Shown here one piece after another: positions 25,901-35,900 of a DNA stretch of 64,000 nucleotides. The number at the start of each line of letters is the position of its first letter. Position 1 is the stretch's first letter. Under the pieces are notes generated by a model. It did not search any database. It was not told where the DNA came from and worked only from the letters and a program-made list of their open reading frames with translations. The stretch comes from Camelus ferus. Lineage: Eukaryota. The stretch covers positions 1,302,001-1,366,000 of the forward strand of contig NC_045725.1 of assembly GCF_009834535.1 (NCBI RefSeq). Direction: 5' to 3'. The translations under genes were made by a program, and so were the position numbers.

Positions 25901-26000
25901 AGTGTGTGTGTGTCTGTGTATGTGTGAGTGTGTGTGCATGTGTATGTTTGCATGTCTGAGCATGTGACTGTGTGTGTGTGTGTGCATGTGTGACTGTGCA
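25901..26000. repeat. Compound (TG)n/(CA)n microsatellite
   Basis: About 100 nt of interrupted TG dinucleotides within an intron. Confidence 0.9.
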
Positions 26001-26511
26001 AGTGTGAACCAGCAGCAGCGGGAACAGCACTGGCCTGGTTCCCGCTGCCTCCTTCCTCAAGCCGCTTCACCCCGGGGCTCCGTCAGGACAGTGTGAAGCA
26101 CTGCATCACTTTGCTGCCTTCCTGGAGATGCTCCCAGCGATGATGTCCAGTGTGTGGAGAGGTGGGATTCCGCCACTCGCTTGTAGGCCTCCACCCCGGT
26201 AGCGTGGCATGCTGAGTGGCCAATGAATCACCCCAGGGGCCTTTTCACAGTGGTGCTGAAGTTACTTCATGCACACAGTTACCCACTGCTGCGTAGTGAG
26301 TGGAGCTCGGTGGGGAGAAACAGGGCATCAGACAGAGGCCACGTGCCCCAGACACTGAGCTTGGCACTGAGGGGGCTATAATCCACTAAGAGTGGCTCCG
26401 ATCCGCAGGGCAGTATGAGGAACTCAGAGCCAGAAGATAAAATTGTACCATGCGTGGCATTGAACATGTCACCTGATCTCCGGAAAACCAGCATCTCCAA
26501 TGGCTGCTTAC

Positions 26512-26893
26512 CTTCCACTACTCTCCGGGCTGCAGCCAGCAGCAAGGCCATCCCCAGGTCTGCCGTGGGGCTGGAAACAGCATGTGGTGTGCTGGCCACC
26601 TTCACGCCAGAGCTGGCAATGAGCGCCAGGTCCAGGTGGTCCAGCCCGGCCCCCGCGCTGGCAACGATCCTCAGGGAGGGCAGGCTACGCAGGAGCTCCC
26701 GGTCAACAGCTGGCCTCCCGCCCCAGACGAACACAGCGCGGATCTTCGGAGCTAGTTGTGTTTTATTCTCCAAAAATTCTTCCATGGTGATGAGGTGAAA
26801 GTGTTTCTGCAGATCTCTCACGTGATCTTCACATATACCATGCGGTCCTTTAAACCCAGACACCAAAACTCCAGGTAGGTCCTGATCGCCCAT
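26512..26893 (-). CDS. GRHPR-like dehydrogenase, coding exon 1
   Basis: Acceptor TTTCTGCAG|GCCATGG gives a strong Kozak context. 382 coding nt MGDQDLPGVLVS...SAGAGLDHLDL...TADLGMALLLAAARRVVE(G), donor GAAG|GTAAGC. The five exons total 987 nt, or 328 aa plus stop. Confidence 0.93.
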
Positions 26894-27364
26894 GGCCTGC
26901 AGAAAGTTGAAAGCGGTGTCTGCTGTCAAAGAGTCTTCATGAGAATAACCGCTACGTTATTCTATCACTCTTTAGATTTTCTAAATGGCAACAGGGCAAA
27001 TTCACTTTACTTCCTGGATACATTCCCATAAAAACTGAACACAACAGACCCAGAGCTCTGCGGGTACCAATGTTGGCACCGTGCCCACTTTCCTCCCTAC
27101 CTCACCTGGGTCCTTACTTCTGCCCTGCGGCGGGGGTGTGTGTGTGTGTGTGAGGGGGGCGGGGGAGGGAAGCCTCCCAGCCCCACTCAGGTCCTCATGC
27201 CTTTGTGTGACCCCCCCACCCTGGAGTCTGCGTCTAGTGAAGGGAACACAGTGGAGCGAGGGAGTTCACTGCCCTCTCCCACTGTCCCCTCTCCTAGGGC
27301 AGCCCAGTGCCAAGCTGGGGTGCAGCCCTGTGCCCAGGCCCAAGTGAGTGAGAAGTAAAACTCA

Positions 27365-27535
27365 GAGGCCAGCTAACGGCCTGGTGAGCCCTGCAATGAC
27401 CGTGGCCCTGGCCAATGCCTTAACTAAAGTTTCCTAAGACCCTGAGCCAGAACCACCCAGGGAAGCCACATCTGGATTCCTGGCTTGAAGACCTAGGAGA
27501 TAACAGATGTTTGTTCTTTTCAGCCACTAAAATAA
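27365..27535 (+). mobile_element. MaLR (MLT1-like) LTR fragment
   Basis: GAGACCCTGAGCCAGAACCACCCAG-type and GTTTGTTCTTTTCAGCCACTAA motifs. Confidence 0.55.
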
Positions 27536-28605
27536 AACTGACCATTTTTTACTGTGAAAGTAAAAGACATTTGTTATTGTCTGTCAAATGATTAAATAAT
27601 GTTTTATGTTCCTTGTTCCAAATTAAAAATAAGATATTTTTAACATTTTATAGCTTTCCTCCAAAAAGAAAACCGGTTGCTTTTCAAGAGTTGAGGCTAA
27701 TGAATGCATTTTATCTTTGGGTCATGAACTTAGCTGGAAATGTTTAAAATATGTTCAAAGCTCAGAGCATAATTGGCTAAAAAACAATTTGTGTTTACGT
27801 TTTGGACATTGAATAAAAGATTAAAAGAGCTTCATTCCAAATAAGATCTTATTTTTCCAGAGAGGAGGCTCAATTTCTGACTGCTTTAATACTGGTTACA
27901 GAGCAAGGACACACACTGATTACACCGTTCCTGTCCGTGGTTGTATGTGGAAAAGATCCAAGACCCTCCAAGTGAGTCATGGCTGTTCCAACTGTGAAGA
28001 GGGTGGAGAGTCCCAGGTGGGAGAAGTGGGTGTAGCAGGGATGGGAGCACCGGGAAGATTCAGGAGATCACTCCATCCTTGGTCTCTGTCTTCTGCTCTG
28101 GCATAGACCCTGACCATCTCCAGTCACAGCCAAGAATCCAGCAAAGGAGCTTGAGACAGGAAGGGGGACCAACCATCAACAACTTCCTGAGAAGGGAGCC
28201 TGAGCCCAGTGGACTGCTGGGGCTGAGCCCAGTGCTCAGTGGTGGGAGGGTCGAAAGATGAGGACTTTGGCTCTGGCACAGCTCTGTGGCTGATCAGAGG
28301 TCCCCAGCCTTCCTGGGTTCTTGGTGAAGCTTGAGTGATAACAGGTAGTGTTTTATAATTGCAGCCTAAGGTCACATTGCCTTTTCCTCCCCTAATTTCT
28401 GTGAAAAGAGAGCTCAGTGGACATGTCTCTGCAGGTGTCCATGGATGGACAGCATTAACGTGATGGTTAGGCTGGGAACATTCTGACAACAAAGGAACAT
28501 GCCACAAAGTATTACTGGGTGTGTTATTAGACACTGGCAGTTTGTCCAAGTCAGAGGATAAACCCACGTGTGAAATTTGGAAAAATCAAAAATTTTACAG
28601 CTTTT

Positions 28606-28750
28606 GAGGGGGAGGGTATAACTCAAGTGGTAGATAGCACGCTTAGCATGCATAAGGCCCTGGGTTTAATCCCCAGTACCTACACTGAAAGACTAACTAA
28701 ATAAATAAATACTTCCCCCGGCAAAAAAAGAAATAAAAAATTTTTAAATT
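28606..28750 (+). mobile_element. Camelid tRNA-derived SINE (Vic-1-like)
   Basis: GGGGAGGGTATAACTCAAGTGGTAG...GGGTTTAATCCCCAGTACC with an A-rich tail. Flanking duplication AAAAATTTTACAGCT/AAAAATTTCACAGCT. Confidence 0.9.
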
Positions 28751-28924
28751 AAAAAAAATTTCACAGCTGTTTTTGTTAACAGAGTGATAGTTCAGACATG
28801 TACCTTTTCCAAATGCTATGTGCATTCTCCTCATGCTGTTTAATTTGAACAGCTAAACATAAATTAAAAGTCAGCTTCCTCCTTGCAAAATGATTGCTTA
28901 ATTAAAAAAAAAAACTCATATTAC

Positions 28925-28989
28925 CTTTGTTGAAATCGCCTTCAACAGATCCAAGGCTATAAAGTCAGGATTTTTTTCTTGTAAAGCCC
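28925..28989 (-). other. Candidate 65-nt non-coding 5' exon of the dehydrogenase gene
   Basis: Long pyrimidine tract ending GATTTTACAG|G and donor CAAAG|GTAATA. No ATG inside. Usage is inferred only. Confidence 0.4.
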
Positions 28990-30410
28990 CTGTAAAATCG
29001 ATACCCAGAAAGAAAAGTAAAGGAGAATGAACTTCCAACTTCTTCCTTCAAAGGCAAATAAGACCGACGCCTGTGCAGTACTCAGGAGGGTGAGGTGAGG
29101 AGGGAGGCATGCAGACCCTGACCTGGCCCTGAGGCGGCGGGGCAGGAGGAGCGAGGAGATAACACAAGTACACAAGAGCTAATTCAGTTCGCAGAAGTGA
29201 GGGCAGGCAAGGGAGTGGGGAGTAAAGAAAATATTTTCAACTTAAAAAGCAAAAACGAGAAACAAAAACCAAATGCAATCAATACAAATGTTTGGTTTTG
29301 GGGACAGAGAGAAAGAGACAAAAAAGGTGGGGAGAGGGCAGGAAAGAGGACAAAGCGGGGCCAGGTGCAAAGGAGGAGCTGGCGCTGGCCTCACGCTGCT
29401 CTGCAGGCGGCGCTTCCCTCGGAAACTCGCTCTCTTCCAGCACAAGGGGAGGGAGGCAGACAGCCGTGCCCGGCGGCCCTGACGGTAGAAGGGAACCTGC
29501 AGGGCCTGGAGCGCCAACTGCAAGCTTTCAGCGAACAGGAGTTATTAACGTTTAAATCTGAACAACAATTTAGATATTTACCCAAGTGTCTAGAAACAAG
29601 CTTACACCAAAGAGGGAGGCTGAATTCATACAATGCAATAAAACTTCTTAAAATCCTATTTCCTCATGACAGTTCCTCTCTTAATATTTGACAGGCGAGC
29701 CCAACACTCCCACATCATCCTGCCAAGTCCCCCTGCCACCCTGTCCTCTTGTCCTCCAACACCTTCTGAAGTTTCGCCGCCCACAGTAGCCCTCTGCCTC
29801 TTCGTGAGTATAAAACCAAAGCTGCTTGTCCTCTGTCATCTACAGATCCCTGTACAGATTCTGTGCCAAAGAGGCTCAAAAAACAACCTGGAAAAAAGAT
29901 TCCTCCTTTACAGGAGGTAGATGATGCCATGTTTAGCCCCTCTGATCACTTATCACCCTCAGCATGACATTCTGGACTTGATGGAAGTGACCTAAGCACT
30001 CATGACTACATGAGGCCACCTAAAAGATAAAGATACACCAAAGGGCGTGCCCGTGAGGATGGGTTTGCTGCTTTGGGATTAATGAAAACTGCACTGTTTA
30101 CACCCTTTATGTGAGGTTTCTCCAGGCACCAGGTGTCAATTAAAAAAATTGCGTTCATATAAGAGATTAAACCATAAACTATAAAATCTAATGTTGGTAC
30201 CTGAATCTTATCCATTTAAAGCTTAATCTGCCACTGCCTGAAGCTTAGAAAAAGAGTGAATACCTTTAGGTTCTGGCAGTCTCTGAAGCCGCCTTAAGTC
30301 TTCTCTTCAACAAGGCAGGTATAAATAGTAACACTGGACTTTCCTTGTTAAATCCTTTAGGATCGTGCCCTGCAGGCCCACATGACTTTCAGAATTCTGA
30401 TGCTACCCAC

Positions 30411-30720
30411 CTGTCCCAGGTAAGGCCGGAGGTCAGTCACACCCACGCGGCAGAGGTCCAGTCTCCCGCCCACAAAGCAACATCCTAGGGACACATTGAC
30501 CTTTTTAAAAAGACTCAAGATTTAAGGACCTGACCCAGCCTCCCAGGCACGAACCTGACCAGGAAGGCGGGAGGTCAAAGGGCGCGGCCACGCCCCCTGC
30601 CAGGCCACACCCCAGCCATGCCCCCAGCCCCAGCAGCCTCTGCGAGCCCCGCCTGCGGGACCAGGCCCCGCCTGCCGGCCCACCCCCCGCTGCTCTGCAG
30701 GACTGCGGACGGAGCCTCTC
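30411..30720 (-). promoter_or_regulatory. Candidate proximal promoter and first exon of the dehydrogenase gene
   Basis: Small GC-rich patch with GGCCACGCCCC and GGCCACACCCC boxes and the DR1-like AGGTCAAAGGGCG (30572-30584). Minus-strand donor CAG|GTGGGT at 30411/30410. Confidence 0.4.
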
Positions 30721-30826
30721 TCAGAGCCGAGCTGGGTGGTGGACTTGGGGACCTGGGTGGTGGGGAAGGTTGCTGGCCTCAGCCTCAGTGTGGGGGTGAA
30801 AAAAACAAACAGAAACCTCATTTAAG

Positions 30827-30925
30827 AGGGAATGAGGAGTGTATATATGTATAACTGAGTCACCATGCTGTACACCAGAAACTAACACGACATTGTAAAT
30901 CGACTATACTATAATTCAAAAAATA
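30827..30925 (+). mobile_element. Truncated LINE-1 3' terminus
   Basis: TATATGTATAACTGAGTCACCATGCTGTACACCAGAAACTAACACGACATTGTAAATCGACTATAC followed by an A-rich tail. Confidence 0.75.
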
Positions 30926-31011
30926 ACAGGTTAGAAAAAAAAGATGGATCTGTGGCCAGAAGGGGAAGGTCTCACCTGCCCCCTCTGCCTCCACTGGAGG
31001 CCCACCCTTAC

Positions 31012-31656
31012 TGTTAGGTAGGCAGATAGCTAGTTATGAGCAGAGAAAGGGGGACACAGACCAAATGGCAGGAATTGGGCAGAAAGGAGGGGCACAAGCC
31101 AAATACTGGAAACCATACATCATGTAAGCACCAGGGGTCCCTTGGGCAGAGAAAGAAAAGCAGGAACATTTGGGCTGATAGGCGGCCACACCTTTTGGCC
31201 TGGAGACCAACAAATAAAGGCGAAAAAAAGGCTGGAATTTTCAGTGTCCAAATGTAACCTTTTGCACATTATTCCCTCATTTCAATAAAATTAGCCTTGC
31301 AGATCAGAAGTCCCCATCATGCACCGACGCCATGACACTTCTGATCCAGACTAAAAAAGGACAAAAATCCCTCCTCCCTTTGGGAAAGTGGAGTTGGGAT
31401 GATAATCAGGAAATACGACCCCAAGCCCTTCCCTCCACAATGAATATTCCACCCATTCATTTTTACACCCTATGTAACTACCTTGCCAAAGAAACTGAGG
31501 GCAGCGTCACCTGAGCCTGCCCGCTCTCCCCTTGAGAGTGTATTATCCATCCTTTAATAAAACCTCACTCTACTTTTTTAACCGCTACGTCTTGTCTCTG
31601 AATTCTTTCTGGGACGGGACAAGAACCTGGAACACCGGTTGCATCCACTGGCAACA
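31012..31656 (+). mobile_element. ERV1-class solo LTR
   Basis: TG...CA termini, 4-bp target duplication TTAC (31008-31011 and 31657-31660), AATAAA at 31556-31561. 645 bp long. Confidence 0.85.
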
Positions 31657-32329
31657 TTACTATCAACTCAGTAATGGAAGGAGGAATTCCTCCGTCAGGC
31701 AACAGCCGGCCTGTGGGGAGCCAGTACTCTCCCAAAGCCCCCTTGCCCTCTCTGAAGTTTCTCCTCTGTTCTCTGGACTTGCCAGTGGTTTGCCATAGAT
31801 GGCATGTCCTACATTGCAACTTTTTGCTGTTCTCGAATAAACCCATTTTGCTTATAAAACAATTGGCTGTTTTATTGTTTTAAGTCAAGGGGGTGGGGGA
31901 AGGTGTGGGGGACTACACTGGTGGGCAGGGTCTCCATGCTGGCACCTGGTAAAAAGCAAGTCTCACCCTGAGGTCAGGACTGCTTTTGTCTGGGAAGGTG
32001 GGAGGTAGGTGACACAGGCCCTCCCTGTAGGACAGTGGCACTGCCCCACCATGCTCTAAGTCACCCCCCAAGGGTTCACTCCCCCACTTTGTCTCTCTTC
32101 TGTTCTGGGTGCACGTGTTACAAATTCAGTCATTTTGAGGCAGTAGGGAAGGGGGCAGGGTATAGCCATTAAAGAATGACACAGCCATTAGCACCAAGAT
32201 AGTGGAAGACTCAACCCCCAGTAGGCCTTGAGCTTCAACATAGGCTTCTTGAAATACAGTAGCTGCTAAATGGCACTCCCATAGGTGCCACAGCAGTTTC
32301 AAGGCTGACCATACAAAGTCAGAAAGTGG

Positions 32330-32713
32330 GTGATGGCCCAATTCCTGGGAATCCCAGCCCCTTCCCCAAAGTAACTAGAATAATCCCCCCACTTGTTAGC
32401 ATATGAAGTTACCAAGCGCATAAAAGCTAACAACCCCCACAATTCCTCACCGATCTCATTTTTCCTAGCCAACCCCGTGCTCTCCCTTCTGAGTAAGATG
32501 ACCTGCATTGTGCCTATGGAACGTGTATCTCCTAGGTCTTTCTTCTTTCTTTCTTCTGAGACAGCCTGCACTCCGTCTATGGAGCGTGTATTTCTTTGAA
32601 CAAAATCCACCTTTGGTCTACTGTGGCTCACTCTTGAATTCTCTCCTGTGTGAAGCCAAGGACCCTCGATTGATGGGGTGTGTCCCAGGGATTCGACTGA
32701 GATGTGCGACACA
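32330..32713 (+). mobile_element. Second ERV1-type LTR fragment (MER41-like 3' end)
   Basis: CTCTTGAATTCTCTCCTGTGTGAAGCCAAGGACCCTC and a duplicated CTATGGARCGTGTAT motif. Ends are not firmly defined. Confidence 0.55.
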
Positions 32714-33374
32714 GCCATCCTCTCATGCCCCACATTTTTTCTGCATCAACTTTTCATAGTCATACACCACCTATGTTGTTACTTACTCGTTTTTCCCCTA
32801 AATAAATTAAAAATCAACCCTGTGTTTACTTACCTAGTCAAAAATATTATCTGGGGAAACCTCTGGTCTTATTATTGTCTTTCAAGCAGACTAAACGGCA
32901 CTACCGACCCAAACAGCTCTCCAGTGTTCATCTCCAGCCCAGACCTCTCTGCAGAGCTCACGCAGCAGCTTTTCTTACTCTGGTGCTAATCTCCCAACTC
33001 CCCTCTCTCTACACACTCCCTCTGCAATCCTCTCCTGTCCATGGCAGCCTAGGGGCTCGAAGGGGTTAAATCTGACCTGTTAACCCCCAGCGTGAAGGCC
33101 TCAGCAGCTTGTCTCATGCATGTGGTGAAGTCTGAAATCCTAACTGAGTACAGCCTCAGAGGCCCCATTTTCCGGCCTGTCCATCCTGCAAACCCCTCAT
33201 ATGCTCATTTCCACTGCAAATTGTCCCAAACTGCCACACTCTTAGCCCTGGACTTGTTCCCACGCTGCCAGGACTCGACCCCAGCTCTTCCCCAAGTTCT
33301 CACTCATCTTGCAGGTCCCCATTTAAGTATCACATCCATAGGGAAGCCTTTTCTGAACTCAAAGTCAGAGGATT

Positions 33375-34950
33375 CAGACTAACTGATTTCAAAACTTACT
33401 ACAAAGCTACTAATCAAGACAGGGTGGTATAAACATAAGGCTAGACTTACAGATCAGTGGGATAAAGTTGAGACTACAGAAATAAATGCTTATATTTAAA
33501 TTAAGTTGATTTTCTTATAAATCCAACACGTAACCAGTTTTAAATACATATGTACAAAAAAGAGGAGAAAATGAAGTCAATTGATTTTCAACAAGGGTGC
33601 CAAAGCAATTTGATAAGGAAAGAATAATCTTTCCAATAAGTAGTGCTGGGGCATCTGGATAACCACATACAAAAGAATAAAGTCGGACACCTACCAAACA
33701 CCATACACAAAAATTAACTTGAAATTATCATAGATCTAAAAGTAAGAGTTAAAACTATAAAACCCTTAGAAGAAAACAGGAGTAAATATTCATGACTCTG
33801 AGTCAGGCAATGATTCTTAGATATGACACCAAAAGCACAAACAACACAAGGAAAAAGATACATGGGATTCAATCAAAATTTAAAAGTTTTATGCTGAAAT
33901 GATTATCAATAAAAAATAAGAAGTCAGTCCACAAAACTGGAGGAAATATTTCATATCATGTATTTGATGATGGATTTCTATCCAGAAAAATAAAGAACTC
34001 TTACAACTCACAAATAAAAAGACAACTAATTCATTTTTAAGTGGCCAAGGAACTGAACAGACATTTTCCAAATGGCCAATAAGGACATTAAAAGCTCTGT
34101 ATCACTAGCCATTAGGGAAATGCAAGTCAAAAATCATAAGACATCACTTCACACCTACCAGGATATCTTTTTAAAAAGACAACAAATAAGTGTAGGCAAA
34201 GAAGTGGAGAAATTCAACCCCACTACATGGCTGTCGGAATCGTACTACTTCTGAAAAGTTTGGCAATTCCTCAAAATGTCAAACAGTTACCGTATGATTC
34301 NNNNNNNNNNNNNNNNNNNNNNNNNNNNNNNNNNNNNNNNNNNNNNNNNNNNNNNNNNNNNNNNNNNNNNNNNNNNNNNNNNNNNNNNNNNNNNNNNNNN
34401 NNNNNNNNNNNNNNNNNNNNNNNNNNNNNNNNNTGGACAGATAAAATGCAGTATATCCACATAATAGAATATTAGTGACCAATAAAAAGGAACTAAGTAC
34501 AGTTGATCCTTGAACAATGACCCTCCACGCACTCAAAATCCACGCACAATTTTACAGTGGGCCTTCATATTCCCGTTCCCTCCTGTAGACTCTACCACCT
34601 GCAGGCCACGTGGTCCCCGTGTAAGTGGCTGCATCGATCAAACCCCGTTGTCCCAGGTCAACTGTACTGATGAGTCTACAGTGCAGGTGAGCCCCGAGAA
34701 GAGCATGCTCAGTGGGAGGTCGGGAACAGAGGACTTAAAGTGTCTGGCATAGGCGGGGGTTGCCAGCGCCAAAGGATGGAGGGAAACGGGGCTGAACGCT
34801 TATAAGCAGGGGGTTTGGGGGCTATGAAAGTCTTCTACAATCGGACTGTGGCGTTGGTTCCACGACTCTGTGAGAAACTACCTCACTGTAACGGGTGAGT
34901 CACTTCACGGTATGTGAACGTACCTCGACAAAGCTTCCCACGGAAGAACC
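33375..34950 (+). mobile_element. Old LINE-1 ORF2 3' part and 3' UTR, interrupted by a MITE and an N-run
   Basis: ACTTACTACAAAGCTAC...CAAGACAGGGTGGT, CCATTAGGGAAATGCAAGTCAAAA and other L1 3' motifs. Confidence 0.8.
34500..34664. mobile_element. Tigger2-derived MITE inserted in L1
   Basis: Terminal inverted repeats CAGTTGATCCTTGAACAA / TTGTCCCAGGTCAACTG, flanked on both sides by TA. Confidence 0.75.
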
Positions 34951-35530
34951 ACCTGGAGCGCGGGCGGCAGCACGACCACGTGGGAGCACCGAGCTGGACC
35001 GTTCACGTGGGAGCTTTACCACAACAAAACACGTTTAAAAATACTAATTTCAATACACTATTTGTGGGCATCTGAGTCTTACCGGTACCCTCCTGCCCAC
35101 CCCCACCCCGGGTCCCGGGGCACCGATCGGGGAGCAGTTCTGAGGCGGCGCAGCCCCGCCGCCGCTCGCACCGCAGACGTCCAGCCGCGGCCCCGACTCC
35201 ACCACCCCTGCCGGGCGCGCGCACGCACCTGCCACCTCCCACGCACTGCCGACGGCGCGCGTACAGGCCGGCGCTCACGCACTGCGGACGCGCGCACGCA
35301 CACGCCGGCGCGCGTCCTCGCCCGGAAGGACGGCTACGCGGGAGGGCCCAGTGTGGGCGGAGGAGGTACGTGCAGGGCTCCCGGTGAGAGGAGGGGACAG
35401 CGGGTGTGGGAGCCCGGGGGTCCTTTCGCCCTGGGTTCTGGGCCGGGGGCGGGGGCGTGCCGGGGGCGGGGGCGGAGTCGGGAGGACAAGGTGGACCCGG
35501 GCCTGGCCCCTCTCCCTGGCACACCGACTG

Positions 35531-35668
35531 GTGAGGCCCGGGACGGGTGGGGTCCCCGTGGGGTGAGGCCCGGGACGGGTGGGGTCCCCGTGGGGTGAGG
35601 CCCGGGAGGGGTGGGGTCACCGTGGGGTGAGGCCCAGGAGGGATGGGGTCTCCGTAGGGTGAGGCCCC
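35531..35668. repeat. 32-bp GC-rich minisatellite, about 4.3 copies
   Basis: Unit GTGAGGCCCGGGACGGGTGGGGTCCCCGTGGG starts at 35531, 35563, 35595 and 35627, with a partial copy at 35659. Confidence 0.95.
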
Positions 35669-35747
35669 GCCGGTGCGCTGCAGTGGAGCTGGATGGAACT
35701 GACTCTTGGGTTCCCGCCACCCCGCTCGCAGACCCTTCGGCCTCAAG

Positions 35748-35900
35748 ATGTCGTACATGCTCCCGCACCTGCACAATGGATGGCAGGTGGATCAGGCCAT
35801 CCTTTCAGAAGAAGACCGCGTGGTCGTCATTCGGTTTGGACACGACTGGGACCCTACTTGTATGAAGATGGACGAGGTTTTGTACAGCATAGCTGAAAAG
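35748..35900 (+). CDS. TXNL4A: TXNL4A (DIM1, U5 snRNP 15-kDa protein) coding exon 1
   Basis: MSYMLPHLHNGWQVDQAILSEEDRVVVIRFGHDWDPTCMKMDEVLYSIAEK, donor AAG|GTAGCG. 153 nt. Confidence 0.98.

Noticed and set aside
26279-26929. Treating the 216-aa ORF as a single-exon gene, or naming the gene GRHPR
   Set aside because: Homology ends at the donor at 26512 and continues in four more exons. Exon structure, synteny and divergent sequence argue for a paralogue, so no symbol was assigned.
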